Source: an uncultured cyanobacterium (GTDB taxonomy: Bacteria; Cyanobacteriota; Cyanobacteriia; Leptolyngbyales; Leptolyngbyaceae). From it: a stretch of DNA of 34,474 nucleotides. The position numbers were made by a program, and so were the translations under genes. The stretch lies in contig CAVYAN010000094.1 in NCBI GenBank assembly GCA_963766075.1, positions 1-34,474 of the forward strand. The letters are read 5' to 3'. Below, one piece after another: positions 18,767 to 28,982 of this stretch. Every line of letters starts with the position of its first letter. The stretch's first letter is position 1. The notes below the pieces were generated by a model. The model did not search any database. It was given only the letters and a program-made list of their open reading frames with translations, and was not told the origin of the DNA.

Positions 18767-18893
18767 CTGAGGAGATTTCCGGTAAAGATTCTACCCTTCG
18801 ACTTCGCTTAGGGTGCAAGCTGGCTGAGCGGAGTCGTAGTTTGCTTCCCGCAGGGTAGCCAGCGGGTATTTTGTTTAACAGAAAGCGCCTTAG
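18767..18893. mobile_element. MITE-like element, 127 bp, with imperfect 20-bp TIRs and a target-site duplication
   Basis: TIRs CTGAGGAGATTTCCGGTAAA and TTTAACAGAAAGCGCCTTAG match 15/20 as an inverted repeat. Flanked by TATTTCAA at 18759-18766 and 18894-18901. Related copy at 6073-6178. Confidence 0.78.
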
Positions 18894-18904
18894 TATTTCA
18901 ACTT

Positions 18905-18959
18905 AAAGATCGTGCAGCAGTGAGTATTTTTTGCAACTCACTGCTGCACGATCTTTTTT
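18905..18959 (+). terminator. Strong hairpin followed by a T-run, probable intrinsic terminator
   Basis: Perfect 21-bp stem AAAGATCGTGCAGCAGTGAGT/ACTCACTGCTGCACGATCTTT with a 10-nt loop. Confidence 0.7.
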
Positions 18960-19277
18960 ATAGAGTTGTATGGGATTGTGAATCGGATGGGTGCGATTGT
19001 TATGGGCAATACATTGCCTCGGCCCCCTCAGCAATGACTCCGTAAAATCACGGCTGTACACAAAAGCTTTTGCAAGATGCCCTCATGTAAATAATGAGAT
19101 AACTTACGCGTAATTACGGTTGTATTCTCAAAGTATTTGAAAATACTTTACGTACTCTAATTGGGTTCTGTATACTCCAAAAGGGTAATTATTAACTCCA
19201 TCCCTGCAACTTTAAATTAGGCTCTTGATGAATCATTAGGGGGATGTAACTGGTTATTGTTAAGGAGTATTTAAGAA

Positions 19278-20564
19278 ATGGTCGGTCAAAAAGTGGGGTT
19301 AGAAACAATTGAACCGATTCAGCCGCAGTCAACTCTTTCTTTACCGCTATCCCCGATTTCGGATCCCTATTTACTGGTTCTATGTATTACTTCTTATCAA
19401 GACTCGCGGGGATTTCACTATGTCGATCGCCTCTGGTACAAAGATCTGATCGAACATGTGCAGTATCTGAAGAACTTTACCCTGGCAGCGCCTTGCAAAC
19501 GGGCTAATCCGCCGGAAGGCACAATTTGTCTAGAAGAAGATGCCGCCTTTGCAGAAGTTCGTTTCGTCGATCTACCCGCTCCCGAAAGTTTTGGGGACGG
19601 ATTGCGCCAAATTCCGGCCACGATCGCCCAGTTATGGCCAGAAATTGGTCGGGCAACGGTTGTCCACAGTGGGGTAGCGGGTTGGCCCATTCCTCCAGCC
19701 TGGTTGATCACACCCCTGCTGTTGTTGCGCAAGCGATTTTATTTAATCGTAGTGGAATCGGCATTTTGGCGGTTAGGCCCAGAAGCAACCCATGCGCTCA
19801 AAGATCGCGTCAGATCCTTGATCACCGAGGGGCTGAACCGTTGGTGCATGAATAAAACAGATCTGGCCATTTTTTCTCAGCCCGAATGGCGTGACAGTCT
19901 GTTAGAGAACACCAAGACGCGGAGCATGATTATTCACTGTTCGTGGATTGATGAGCCCGTCATATTATCCGATGCGGCAGCGCAAACGCTGTGGCAACAG
20001 AAAATTGCCCCTGAGGTCAATCAACTGCGGCTCGTTCTGGCAGGGAGATTAGAAGTCTTTAAGGGAATACGGGTTCTCTTGCAGGCCATGGAGATTTTGA
20101 ATCGGGAAAATGTCCCCGTGCATTTGGATATTCTGGGGAGTGGTTCCTTGTATGAAGAATGTGTCGCCGCCAGTCAGCGCATTCGCGGCTCGGTCGAGAT
20201 CGGCATCCTGGGCACCGTTCCCTACGGCCCGGAACTGTTCACACTGCTGAGAAACTATCACGCGGTAGTTGCGCCTAATCTTTCCGATGAAGTGGTCAGA
20301 ATTGTCTACGATGGCTATTCCCAGGGATTACCCGCCCTCGTAAGCAATACCAATGGGCTTCTGGAATGCGTGCGAGGGGGTGAAACAGGGGTGCATTACG
20401 CCATGAATGACCCGGTGGCCTTGGCGAACACCTGTAAATGGGCCTGGGGCAATCTAAACCGTCTGGAAGCGATGGGCATGAATTCACTGAAGACGGCGCG
20501 GAGCTTGACCCATCAAGAAATGCACCGGAAACGATGGCAGGCTTTACAGGAAATGCTGGCCTAG
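19278..20564 (+). CDS. Glycosyltransferase, GT4/group 1
   Basis: [17 protein letters not shown] and [37 protein letters not shown] upstream. Confidence 0.85.
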   Translation: MVGQKVGLETIEPIQPQSTLSLPLSPISDPYLLVLCITSYQDSRGFHYVDRLWYKDLIEHVQYLKNFTLAAPCKRANPPEGTICLEEDAAFAEVRFVDLPAPESFGDGLRQIPATIAQLWPEIGRATVVHSGVAGWPIPPAWLITPLLLLRKRFYLIVVESAFWRLGPEATHALKDRVRSLITEGLNRWCMNKTDLAIFSQPEWRDSLLENTKTRSMIIHCSWIDEPVILSDAAAQTLWQQKIAPEVNQLRLVLAGRLEVFKGIRVLLQAMEILNRENVPVHLDILGSGSLYEECVAASQRIRGSVEIGILGTVPYGPELFTLLRNYHAVVAPNLSDEVVRIVYDGYSQGLPALVSNTNGLLECVRGGETGVHYAMNDPVALANTCKWAWGNLNRLEAMGMNSLKTARSLTHQEMHRKRWQALQEMLA

Positions 20565-20703
20565 TTTGATCGGTGTGGGCGATGCTGCTGAGAGCTTAAG
20601 CCCTCCTTTCTTTTGCTGGACGTGCCAGTCTGCTATGCTCAGGCCCAAATCTGGAAATTGGCATTCTGGAAATTGGCATATTTTGCATATAAGGAGGCAT
20701 GGG

Positions 20704-21498
20704 ATGGGCGCTAAGGCAGTGTCGCTGCTTTCGGGGGGCTTGGATTCGGCAACGGCGACAGCCCAGGCGATCGCCGATGGCTATGAAGTGATTGCGCTGT
20801 CTGTGCACTACGGACAACGGCACGAGCAGGAGCTTTTAGCCGCACGTCAGGTAGTCCAGGCGCTGGGCATTCGTGACCATCGCGTGGTGGAGGTGAACTT
20901 GGGCCAGTGGGGCGGTTCTTCGCTAACAGATGCCAGCCTATCTGTACCCCTGGATGGAACCAGTCTGGAAATGATTCCCTCAACCTATGTCCCAGGCCGA
21001 AACACGGTTTTTTTGGCGATCGCCCTATCCCTGGCCGAAGCCCAGCATGCCGAAGCAGTCTACCTGGGCATTAATGCCATAGATTATTCTGGCTACCCGG
21101 ATTGTCGCCCCAATTATCTGGCCGTCTTTCAGCAACTGGCCACCCTGTCCTGCAAAGTTGGCATTGAGGGCAACGCACCAAAGCTCGTGGCCCCGCTGCT
21201 CCTAGACACCAAAACGGAAATTGTGCGGCGGGCGATGGCGTTGGGTGTGCCGGTGGCTGCGACTTGGTCTTGTTATCAGGGGGATGCGGTTCCCTGTGGG
21301 CGGTGTGATTCCTGCCGAATTCGCGATCGCGCCCTGATCCAAGCGGGATATGCCGACCTCGCCACCCCGATGGGCCGGGAGCTCCACACCCAAGAACTGT
21401 CTAGCGAGCCATCGGGCCGCAAAAAGCTGAGTGAGGATTTAGTCGGTCAGATGCCGGATGGGCAACGGGTGGGTCCATCCTTGGTGGAGATTTCTTAA
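20704..21498 (+). CDS. queC: 7-cyano-7-deazaguanine synthase
   Basis: [29 protein letters not shown] and TWSCY...[17 protein letters not shown] at 20691-20697. Confidence 0.95.
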   Translation: MGAKAVSLLSGGLDSATATAQAIADGYEVIALSVHYGQRHEQELLAARQVVQALGIRDHRVVEVNLGQWGGSSLTDASLSVPLDGTSLEMIPSTYVPGRNTVFLAIALSLAEAQHAEAVYLGINAIDYSGYPDCRPNYLAVFQQLATLSCKVGIEGNAPKLVAPLLLDTKTEIVRRAMALGVPVAATWSCYQGDAVPCGRCDSCRIRDRALIQAGYADLATPMGRELHTQELSSEPSGRKKLSEDLVGQMPDGQRVGPSLVEIS

Positions 21499-21636
21499 CC
21501 TGTCAGGGCGGCACTATGAACACCCTTCCATCGCCTCAAGTAAACCTTCTGTAACAGGCATCATTAAGCCTGCGTACCAGATCCCCGGCATTTTTAGAAA
21601 TGTCAGGGATCTTCGGCATTCTGCGTGCAAAGCAAA

Positions 21637-21672
21637 AATCGTAGAGCTGTGTTTTCACATACCTCTACGATT
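21637..21672. terminator. Hairpin between convergent queC and apcD (GTAGAG...CTCTAC type)
   Basis: AATCGTAGAG-N16-CTCTACGATT, with an inner TGTG/CACA pairing. Confidence 0.5.
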
Positions 21673-21746
21673 CTAGAAAATCGAATTTTATCCAACCTGG
21701 CTATCCCGAAGGTCCTCAGGATGATCAATCAGGACAGCCTAATCAA

Positions 21747-22232
21747 TCAGGACATTGCTTGGATGATGTAGTCGAAGTAGGGCGAGGTTTCTGCCGATTC
21801 GTCGGCATTCAACAAGGCTAAAGAAGCTGCCTTGAGGCACCGCATGGCTTCTGCCATCCCGGGCATCGGGACGCCCAGAGCATTGTACATTTCACGGGCA
21901 CCCACGATACCAATGGTTTCAATCGGCTCTTTGCTGCCGGCTAACACTCCGTAGGTGACCAACCGCAGATACCAACCGTAGTCCCGCAGGCATTGGGACC
22001 GCTGTTTATCTCCATAGGCATTACCACCGGGAGAGATATAGTCAGGACGCTTTTTCCACAGCTCCTTACTGGCTTCTTGGACAATTTTCTTTTCGTTTTC
22101 TGAGAGTTTGGCAGCAATGCTAGTCCGAATTTCGCCTGTTTTAAAGAAGTCTTGCATGTTCCGGAGTTCACCGGACGTGGGATAACGCAATTCGTCGTCG
22201 GCTTGCAGAATGGCTTGGCTAATTACACTCAT
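21747..22232 (-). CDS. apcD: Allophycocyanin-B alpha subunit
   Basis: 161 aa; [25 protein letters not shown] and [19 protein letters not shown]. Confidence 0.95.
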   Translation of the reverse strand: MSVISQAILQADDELRYPTSGELRNMQDFFKTGEIRTSIAAKLSENEKKIVQEASKELWKKRPDYISPGGNAYGDKQRSQCLRDYGWYLRLVTYGVLAGSKEPIETIGIVGAREMYNALGVPMPGMAEAMRCLKAASLALLNADESAETSPYFDYIIQAMS

Positions 22233-22449
22233 AATTATGGCTGTCTTGCGGATATTGTCCTGTATTTTACCGACTCTAGGGGACGTAGCGGAAGAGGAAG
22301 CGTGCTTTTGTTCTCATTTGCTTTAGGAAAGTTAATCATTCTGGGCGGCGGCGATCGCGCCTCTCTCCTCACAGCGCCCCACTGGACTCAGGTTCCCTCA
22401 ATAAATTGCAACACAACTTCCCCTTCAGACCGGGTACGCACCCTCTACA

Positions 22450-24229
22450 ATGAACGTTCGCGCTGGCCCCATGGTCGTCGCACCCTTATTTCCCCTGGAA
22501 CTCCGAATCTCTGTGACTATTTCTTCAGTGCCTGATCCCTCCGCTGCATCCATCACCCCGTCCGCTGCGCTTCCCATCCCACGGGCCACCGCGCGGCCCA
22601 TCCCACGGGCCGCCTCGCAATCGGCCCCACTGGAGTCTGATGAGGCAGCCTCGGTCACCGCCATTTCTGAGGGGGATTCTGGACAGGCACCCGAGCCGGA
22701 TCCCACCGCCGAGCGGTGGCAACAGGGTTGTATTTTAGAGGTAACGATTACAGATTTAAGTGATAGTGGCGATGGCGTGGGGCGGTTTGGGGCACGGGTT
22801 GTGTTTGTTCCGGATACGGTGACCGGCGATCGCATCTGGGTGCGCTTGGTGCGGGTTAAACCCCAGTACGCGATCGGCAAACTCAACCGCATGCTGGAAC
22901 CTTCTCCCCATCGCATTCGCCCCAGTTGCATCGTGGCCGACAAGTGCGGCGGCTGCCAATGGCAACATGTCAGCTACGACTATCAACTCATTGCGAAACA
23001 AAACGTCGTCACCCAGGCCCTAGAGCGGATTGGAAGTTTCACAAATCCACCCGTTGATTCGATCTTAGCCGACACCCATGCCTGCGCCGAACCCACCCTT
23101 GCCCCTGCCAACCCGGGAACTTCTCCCCTCGGCTACCGCAACAAATCCACCTATCCCCTGGCTCGGTCCAACGCTACCGGCGAAGCCAAGGCCCAAATCG
23201 GACAGGTGCAGGCGGGCTACTACCAAAAGGGCAGCCACAGTTTAGTCAATCTGAATCAGTGTCCGATTCAGGATGTGCGGCTGAATCCTTTGTTAGCCGA
23301 GGTGAAGCAGGATATTCAGAAGCGGGGCTGGAGTATTTACAATGAGGAGCTGCATCGCGGTAAGCTGCGCCATCTATCCCTGCGCATTGGAGAACGAACA
23401 GGGGAAATGCTACTGACGTTGGTGTCCACGGAGGATGGCATTACGGAGTTGGCCGAGCAAGCCCAGGAATGGCTGGATCGGTATCCCGGTTTAGTAGGGG
23501 TGGCGCTGAATCTGAATCCTGCCAAGACCAATGCGATTTGGGGTGCCGAAACCCGCTGTGTCGCTGGACAAGCCTATCTGTCAGAAATCTTTGCGGGGCT
23601 GACGTTTCAGATTCGTCCGGAGACGTTTTTTCAGGTCAATACGGCCCAGGCAGAGGCGGTCCTGTACGTCATCCTGGAGGAATTGAATCTACAGGGTACA
23701 GAAGTCATTTTGGATGCTTACTGTGGAATTGGCACTCTGACGTTGCCGTTGGCAAAACGGGTGAAGCAGGTAATAGCGTTAGAAGTACAGCCGACCGCCG
23801 TGGCCCAGGCGCAGCTAAATGCTGAGTTGAATGGCTTAAGCAATGTGATTTTCTATACGGGCGAGGTCGAAAAGATCTTACCAACTTTGTCCGAAGGTCC
23901 AGAAGCTAGCAAGCCCAGAAGCCGCAAGCCCAGAAGCCGCAAGCCCAGACATTGTGGTGATTGATCCGCCCCGGAAGGGATGCGATCGCACCGTTTTGGA
24001 AACCCTGCTGACCATCCAACCCCAGCGCATTGTCTATGTCAGTTGCAATCCAGCCACCCTCGCCCGCGATCTGAAAATCCTCTGCGCGACGGGAGATTAT
24101 TACCTTTCCCGCGTCCAGCCCGCCGACTTTTTTCCGCAAACAGCCCATGTGGAATGCGTGGCCTTTTTGGTTCGGTCAGCCCAGAGTCCATCCGATAGTC
24201 CATCCGATAATCCATCCGATAGTCCCTGA
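22450..24229 (+). pseudogene. rlmD: 23S rRNA m5U1939 methyltransferase; one frameshift as sequenced, near 23908
   Basis: TRAM domain, CIVADKCGGCQWQ, FFQVN and DAYCGIG. The catalytic C-terminus ([28 protein letters not shown]) is in the next frame. Start uncertain. Confidence 0.9.
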
Positions 24230-24327
24230 CCGCCGTCGCTTGTGGGAACTGCCCGGATTCTAGCCAAGCACATCTGTAAACAGAACCATTGCTCGCCGCT
24301 GCCGTTTTTTACCGATGGGGGGTTCCG

Positions 24328-25134
24328 ATGCGCCTGTCCACTCGACTGACTCTGCTGATGTTTTGCCTGGGAACAGGAGCACTGGGAACAGGGGCACTGC
24401 CAAATGTACTGCTAGCATCGGCCAACGGAGCGCCAACTCCAGCCCCGCTGGCGCGGCGATCGCACCCCACCTGGCCAACCTTTAATCCCCCCCAGCCGCC
24501 CATGACGCCGGTGAGTTTGTGGGCCACGTTTTATCATGTCTATAGCGCGGCGAGCCTTGCCCAGGGGTATCCCCTCCTCGATCCATACGGCAACCGCCTA
24601 GGACCCCGCCTCTCCCAACGGGATTGGTGCAAAGCAGCCCTGCAAGGCACTGTCCAAATCACCGAGGCGGGCCATGCTACAACCTATAACTTTTCGGGAC
24701 GGGGTGAGGTCGCCCAGGTGAATTGTGCGCCCTTTTTTCCCAGTCTGTCCACCACTACCCTGCAAAAGGTCGGACGGGTGCGGTTTGTGGCGGCGACTGC
24801 GCCCTATGGCTATGGCACCGAGGGGCTAAATCTGGTTCCCTATCGGACGATCGCGGTCGATCGCAGCCGCATTCCAGTGGGTTCGGTGGTGTTTATTCCC
24901 GCCGCGCGCGGAGTGACGGTGACGTTGCCTTCGGGCGATCGCGTTGTCCATGATGGCTATTTTTTAGCGGCGGACGTGGGCAGTGCAATTCAGGGCAATC
25001 ACATTGATGTCTTTATGGGGACTGCGGATCGTAGTGCCTTTTCCTTCATCACTAGCCGACCCAGTGACCGATTCCCGGCGTATATTGTGCCGGATCGGGC
25101 GATCGCCCAAGCGCTTTTGGCCCTGCATCGGTAA
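24328..25134 (+). CDS. Secreted 3D-domain (MltA-like) protein
   Basis: Signal-like N-terminus; three-Asp motifs RTIAVD, AADVGSAIQGNHIDVF. Confidence 0.82.
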   Translation: MRLSTRLTLLMFCLGTGALGTGALPNVLLASANGAPTPAPLARRSHPTWPTFNPPQPPMTPVSLWATFYHVYSAASLAQGYPLLDPYGNRLGPRLSQRDWCKAALQGTVQITEAGHATTYNFSGRGEVAQVNCAPFFPSLSTTTLQKVGRVRFVAATAPYGYGTEGLNLVPYRTIAVDRSRIPVGSVVFIPAARGVTVTLPSGDRVVHDGYFLAADVGSAIQGNHIDVFMGTADRSAFSFITSRPSDRFPAYIVPDRAIAQALLALHR

Positions 25135-25250
25135 ACCCCTGCTTCAGTGAGCGGATCGTGCCCGCCATCGGGGAAGGCGCTATATGATGGGGCATATTGA
25201 GTCCCGAGATCGTAGTCCTGCGATCGCTCTGCCCCGTCTCATTACCGCCC

Positions 25251-25544
25251 ATGAATCCTCCCACTTCGCCTCAATCGGTTTCCGTTTGGCAACTCAAACC
25301 ATGGTGGTGCCAACCTTGGTCAATTTTACTGACGGGCATTGTGCTGATCGGCGGCAGTTGGTTGCTCCTGCATCGTCTGTGGGTGACACTGCTGGTAGCC
25401 ATTCCCGTTTTGACCTGGATGGGCTTTTTCCTGGGGCTTTATCCCCAACTGTATGCCCAACAAATGGCGGCAAGTCATCCTTTGGCGGCTTCAGCCCCGG
25501 CTTCTGCTCCAGAGCCGATGGACCCTAATGATACAGAAAATTAA
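25251..25544 (+). CDS. Small membrane protein (DUF6737-like)
   Basis: SVWQLKPWWCQPWSILLTG motif with two hydrophobic segments. Confidence 0.75.
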   Translation: MNPPTSPQSVSVWQLKPWWCQPWSILLTGIVLIGGSWLLLHRLWVTLLVAIPVLTWMGFFLGLYPQLYAQQMAASHPLAASAPASAPEPMDPNDTEN

Positions 25545-25680
25545 AATATGCGAATATAAAATTACGCACCCCGGGAAAACGGCATTGCCCGATCGCGATG
25601 ATAGTTCTGTGCGAAGTACCTGTGCGAAGTAGCTGCAAAACTGGAGTTGTGAAACTGGAGCACGCTAGGCGGAGGCACCC

Positions 25681-26796
25681 ATGCTCAATTCGATTTGGGT
25701 TCACAGAAACTCCCCTTCGATGACCCACATCGGCATCGCAGGGCTGATGATTCTGGTGGCAATTATAGAATTGACAACGCCACCGGACTATGTGTTTGGC
25801 TATCTCTACATTGGCCCCATCTTGCTAGCAACCGCGCGACTGAGTCGTGTATTCGCGCTTAACGTCACGCTGCTAGCAACTGGGCTGACCCTCCTGAACG
25901 CCTGGTTTCCCGCATACCACCTCGCCAATCAAGCCGTCGTCGCCAGCCGCCTGATTGCCGGATTGGCCATGATCGTCACCGCCCTGCTGGGCGATCGCAA
26001 CCGATTCTACGAACAGGCCCTTTCCCAACAACAAGCCAAACTCCAAGCCCAGGAAAAACTCGCCAGTATTCGCGAGGACTTTGTCTCCACCCTGACCCAT
26101 GATCTGAAAACACCTCTGCTAGGAGCAATCGCCGCCCTAAAGGCATTCCAGGAGGGTAACTTTGGCGCGATCGCCCCCACCCAAGCGCCCGTGCTCACCG
26201 CCCTTGTTCACAGCCATCAAACCAGCCTGCACCTAGTGGAAACCCTACTGGACATTTACCGCAACGATGCCCAAGGGTTACAACTCCAACTCGCCCCCTT
26301 AGATCTGGCATCCCTAGCCGAAGAAGTCGCCAAGACCCTGATGGCGGTAGCCACCGCACGGCGCGTTTATATCACCCTGAATTATGGTGAATCCGACTTT
26401 CGGCAAGCGCTCTGGGTACACGGTGATGCCTTCCAACTGCGGCGCGTCCTGAGCAACTTGCTGATGAATGCAATTCAGCATTCCCGGCGGGATGGGCGGG
26501 TGGAGATTATTCTCACCACTCAAGGGACGGAGCACATCGTGAAAATTTTGGACAATGGGGCAGGCATGACCGCCGCCGAACTCCCCCATCTCTTTGAACG
26601 GTTTTACCAGGGGCACAGCGATCGCCAAGTTAGCGGTTCTGGTCTGGGCCTCTATCTATCCCGCCAAATTATCGCTGCCCACGGCGGTACAATCTGGGCA
26701 GAGAACCGCCCCACCCACCCTTCGGCCGCGCCTTTGTCTACAGGCGCACTCTTTGGGTTCAAACTGCCCGCATATCCCTCCTTTCCAACGGCCTGA
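25681..26796 (+). CDS. Membrane sensor histidine kinase
   Basis: About 4 N-terminal TM helices; H-box LTHDLKTPL, N-box NLLMNA, DNGAG, FERF and GSGLGL. Start is 25681 or 25720. Confidence 0.92.
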   Translation: MLNSIWVHRNSPSMTHIGIAGLMILVAIIELTTPPDYVFGYLYIGPILLATARLSRVFALNVTLLATGLTLLNAWFPAYHLANQAVVASRLIAGLAMIVTALLGDRNRFYEQALSQQQAKLQAQEKLASIREDFVSTLTHDLKTPLLGAIAALKAFQEGNFGAIAPTQAPVLTALVHSHQTSLHLVETLLDIYRNDAQGLQLQLAPLDLASLAEEVAKTLMAVATARRVYITLNYGESDFRQALWVHGDAFQLRRVLSNLLMNAIQHSRRDGRVEIILTTQGTEHIVKILDNGAGMTAAELPHLFERFYQGHSDRQVSGSGLGLYLSRQIIAAHGGTIWAENRPTHPSAAPLSTGALFGFKLPAYPSFPTA

Positions 26797-26810
26797 CCGC
26801 CTAACTTCCC

Positions 26811-27482
26811 ATGGTGCCTCCCTTACGCGTTCTGCTGGTTGAAGACGATGAACTATTCCGCCTAGGACTGCGGGTCAAACTCCAACAGGAACCCACCCTA
26901 GACATCGTCGCCGAAGCGGAGGATGGCGAAACTGCCCTGGATTGCGTGCAGCAGCACGCCCTGGATGTGGTCCTGCTAGACATTGGCCTTCCCGGCATCG
27001 GCGGCCTTGAAGCCTGTCGCCAAATCAAACAGCACCAGCCCGATCTGCCGATTTTAGTCCTCACCTCCCATTTCCAAACGGCCTTGATTACGCGCCTGAT
27101 CGAAGCGGGAGCCCAGGGGTATTGCCAAAAGGGCATTGGTGCCGAAACTTTGATCCTAGCGCTGCGATCGGTGGCGGCAGGCGCTTCTTGGTGGGATTCC
27201 ACCGCCACCCAGGAAATTCGCTCGAATTTTGAACAGCGATCGCCCCAAGACGCCGGGATCGCCACCGCCCCCCACCCCCTCTTAACCCAACGCGAAACCG
27301 AAATCCTGGCCTGGATGGCCACAGGCAAAACCAATCAACAAATCGCCACTATTCTCTACATTGCACCGGGCACTGTGCGGGTGCATGTCCACGCCATTCT
27401 GCATAAGCTAGAGGTCAGCGATCGCACCCAAGCGGTGATCGCCGCCCGTCAAAAGAACCTGATCCCCGCACCAGAAACCTAG
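26811..27482 (+). CDS. NarL/LuxR family response regulator
   Basis: LLVEDD and LLDIGLPG receiver motifs; C-terminal LTQRETEIL...GKTNQQIA...HKLEVSDRTQA. Confidence 0.93.
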   Translation: MVPPLRVLLVEDDELFRLGLRVKLQQEPTLDIVAEAEDGETALDCVQQHALDVVLLDIGLPGIGGLEACRQIKQHQPDLPILVLTSHFQTALITRLIEAGAQGYCQKGIGAETLILALRSVAAGASWWDSTATQEIRSNFEQRSPQDAGIATAPHPLLTQRETEILAWMATGKTNQQIATILYIAPGTVRVHVHAILHKLEVSDRTQAVIAARQKNLIPAPET

Positions 27483-27599
27483 TCTGTCAGACGCGTTGCT
27501 GTACATTACAAATCATGGCAAAACCTGCCGCAACGTCCTATAACCAAAGGGGTACGTTTGTATATTTTCTAACGTCACCTTAACGTCGAGGAAAACACT

Positions 27600-28982
27600 A
27601 TGCCCCCCTCTGATGATTTCAACTACTCGATTTTTGATGCGCTAGTACTGCCGGAAGTCACCCATAGCCCAAGTCTTCCCCACCTTGACCTTTCCCCTCT
27701 AGGTAGTGCCTTCTCTCCCGCGTTTTCCATCTCAGGCTTCGATTTAAATTTGCCCCTAACCCTTCCCCCTAGCCTGCCCTCAACCGGCTCCGTGACTGGC
27801 CTATTCAATGATTTGGGAGATTTCGTGAATGCGGTTCTCTCGGGGAGCCTCACTGGCAATCTCATCCGTGATTTAGTAGAAGATCTCGCTCCGGCACTCC
27901 CCACCTTTGCCCAGCGCTTTGATTACGACAACCTAGCGATTTCCCCAGAAAACACCCTCTCCCACCGCTCCTACGATCAAATTATTGTCTTCGGTGATAG
28001 TTTATCCGACCCCGGCAACCTATCCGCCGCGTTGGGTGGCCTGTTTCCGCCGCCCCCCTATTTTCAAGGGCGACTCTCCAATGGACCGTTATGGATCGAT
28101 ACCCTCGCCCCGGAATTGGGCTTTCAGCCCGCACAGGTGCTGAACTTTGCCTTTGCCGGAGCCGGAACCGGACGCACCAACATCGCCCTCACCACCGCTG
28201 GCTTAAACCTGCCAATTCAACTTCCCGGCCTTTTGGATGAAGTCGATCGCTTCACCTCTACCCTGGGCTGTGGTGGTGCCAACCCCAATGCCTTGTACGT
28301 TGTCTGGGCCGGTGCTAATGACTTCTTGACATTGCCCAAAACCCCAGAAGCGGCCCTAGATGCCATCCTGGATGGAGTCAAAAATGTCGCCACTGCTGTC
28401 ACTGATTTGGCCCGGGCCGGGGCGGAAACCATCGCCGTCGGCAACGTGCCGAATCTGGGACTCACCCCCCTCGTCAATCAGCAGGGCTTAGTCCTAGAAG
28501 CCACAGCCTTTAGCATTGCCTTCAATGGGGTGTTGGAGTATACACTGGCCCAGTTAGAAAATACGCTAGGGGTCGATGTGGTGCAAATTGATACCTTTTC
28601 GGTGAGTCAGGCGATCGCCCAGCGACCCAGCGAATTCGGCCTGACCAACATTACCGATCCTCTGATCCGCCAAACTACCCCGGTCAACCCCCAGGGCTTT
28701 TTCTTCTGGGACGACTTCCATCCCACCACCACCGTCCAGAGCCTGATTGCAGAGACATTTGCGCGATCGCTGTCTACGCCCACCCCCAGCAATGTCCTCA
28801 ACACCAGTCTCGGCTTGGTCACCCAGGTCTTAAACAGCAGTGGCTTCCAGTCCACCCTGAACAGCGTGTTGGCCAACCTGTTACCCAGCACCGGGCCCGG
28901 ACTCCCCAGCGGAGTCGGACTCCCCACCAGCCCGATCCTCACAAGCAACCCGAACCTACCCATTCCCGTGGGATCCGCCTGA
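27600..28982 (+). CDS. SGNH/GDSL hydrolase with low-complexity N- and C-terminal extensions
   Basis: Blocks FGDSLSD, NFAFAGA, WAGAND and DDFHP; RBS GAGG upstream. Confidence 0.87.
   Translation: MPPSDDFNYSIFDALVLPEVTHSPSLPHLDLSPLGSAFSPAFSISGFDLNLPLTLPPSLPSTGSVTGLFNDLGDFVNAVLSGSLTGNLIRDLVEDLAPALPTFAQRFDYDNLAISPENTLSHRSYDQIIVFGDSLSDPGNLSAALGGLFPPPPYFQGRLSNGPLWIDTLAPELGFQPAQVLNFAFAGAGTGRTNIALTTAGLNLPIQLPGLLDEVDRFTSTLGCGGANPNALYVVWAGANDFLTLPKTPEAALDAILDGVKNVATAVTDLARAGAETIAVGNVPNLGLTPLVNQQGLVLEATAFSIAFNGVLEYTLAQLENTLGVDVVQIDTFSVSQAIAQRPSEFGLTNITDPLIRQTTPVNPQGFFFWDDFHPTTTVQSLIAETFARSLSTPTPSNVLNTSLGLVTQVLNSSGFQSTLNSVLANLLPSTGPGLPSGVGLPTSPILTSNPNLPIPVGSA

Noticed and set aside
20566..20703. N-terminal extension of QueC from TTG 20566
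   Set aside because: A strong RBS precedes ATG 20704, and similarity to QueC begins there.
21380..21498. QueC C-terminal tail as a novel domain
   Set aside because: Short, low in information and without a recognisable motif; probably a variable tail.
16152..21498. cofH plus queC as a deazapurine DNA-modification or novel cofactor cluster
   Set aside because: They are on opposite strands and separated by unrelated genes, with no dpdA/tgt, queD/E or cofG nearby. Both are ordinary cyanobacterial genes.
23954..24229. 91-aa ORF as a separate gene
   Set aside because: It is the frameshifted C-terminus of RlmD.
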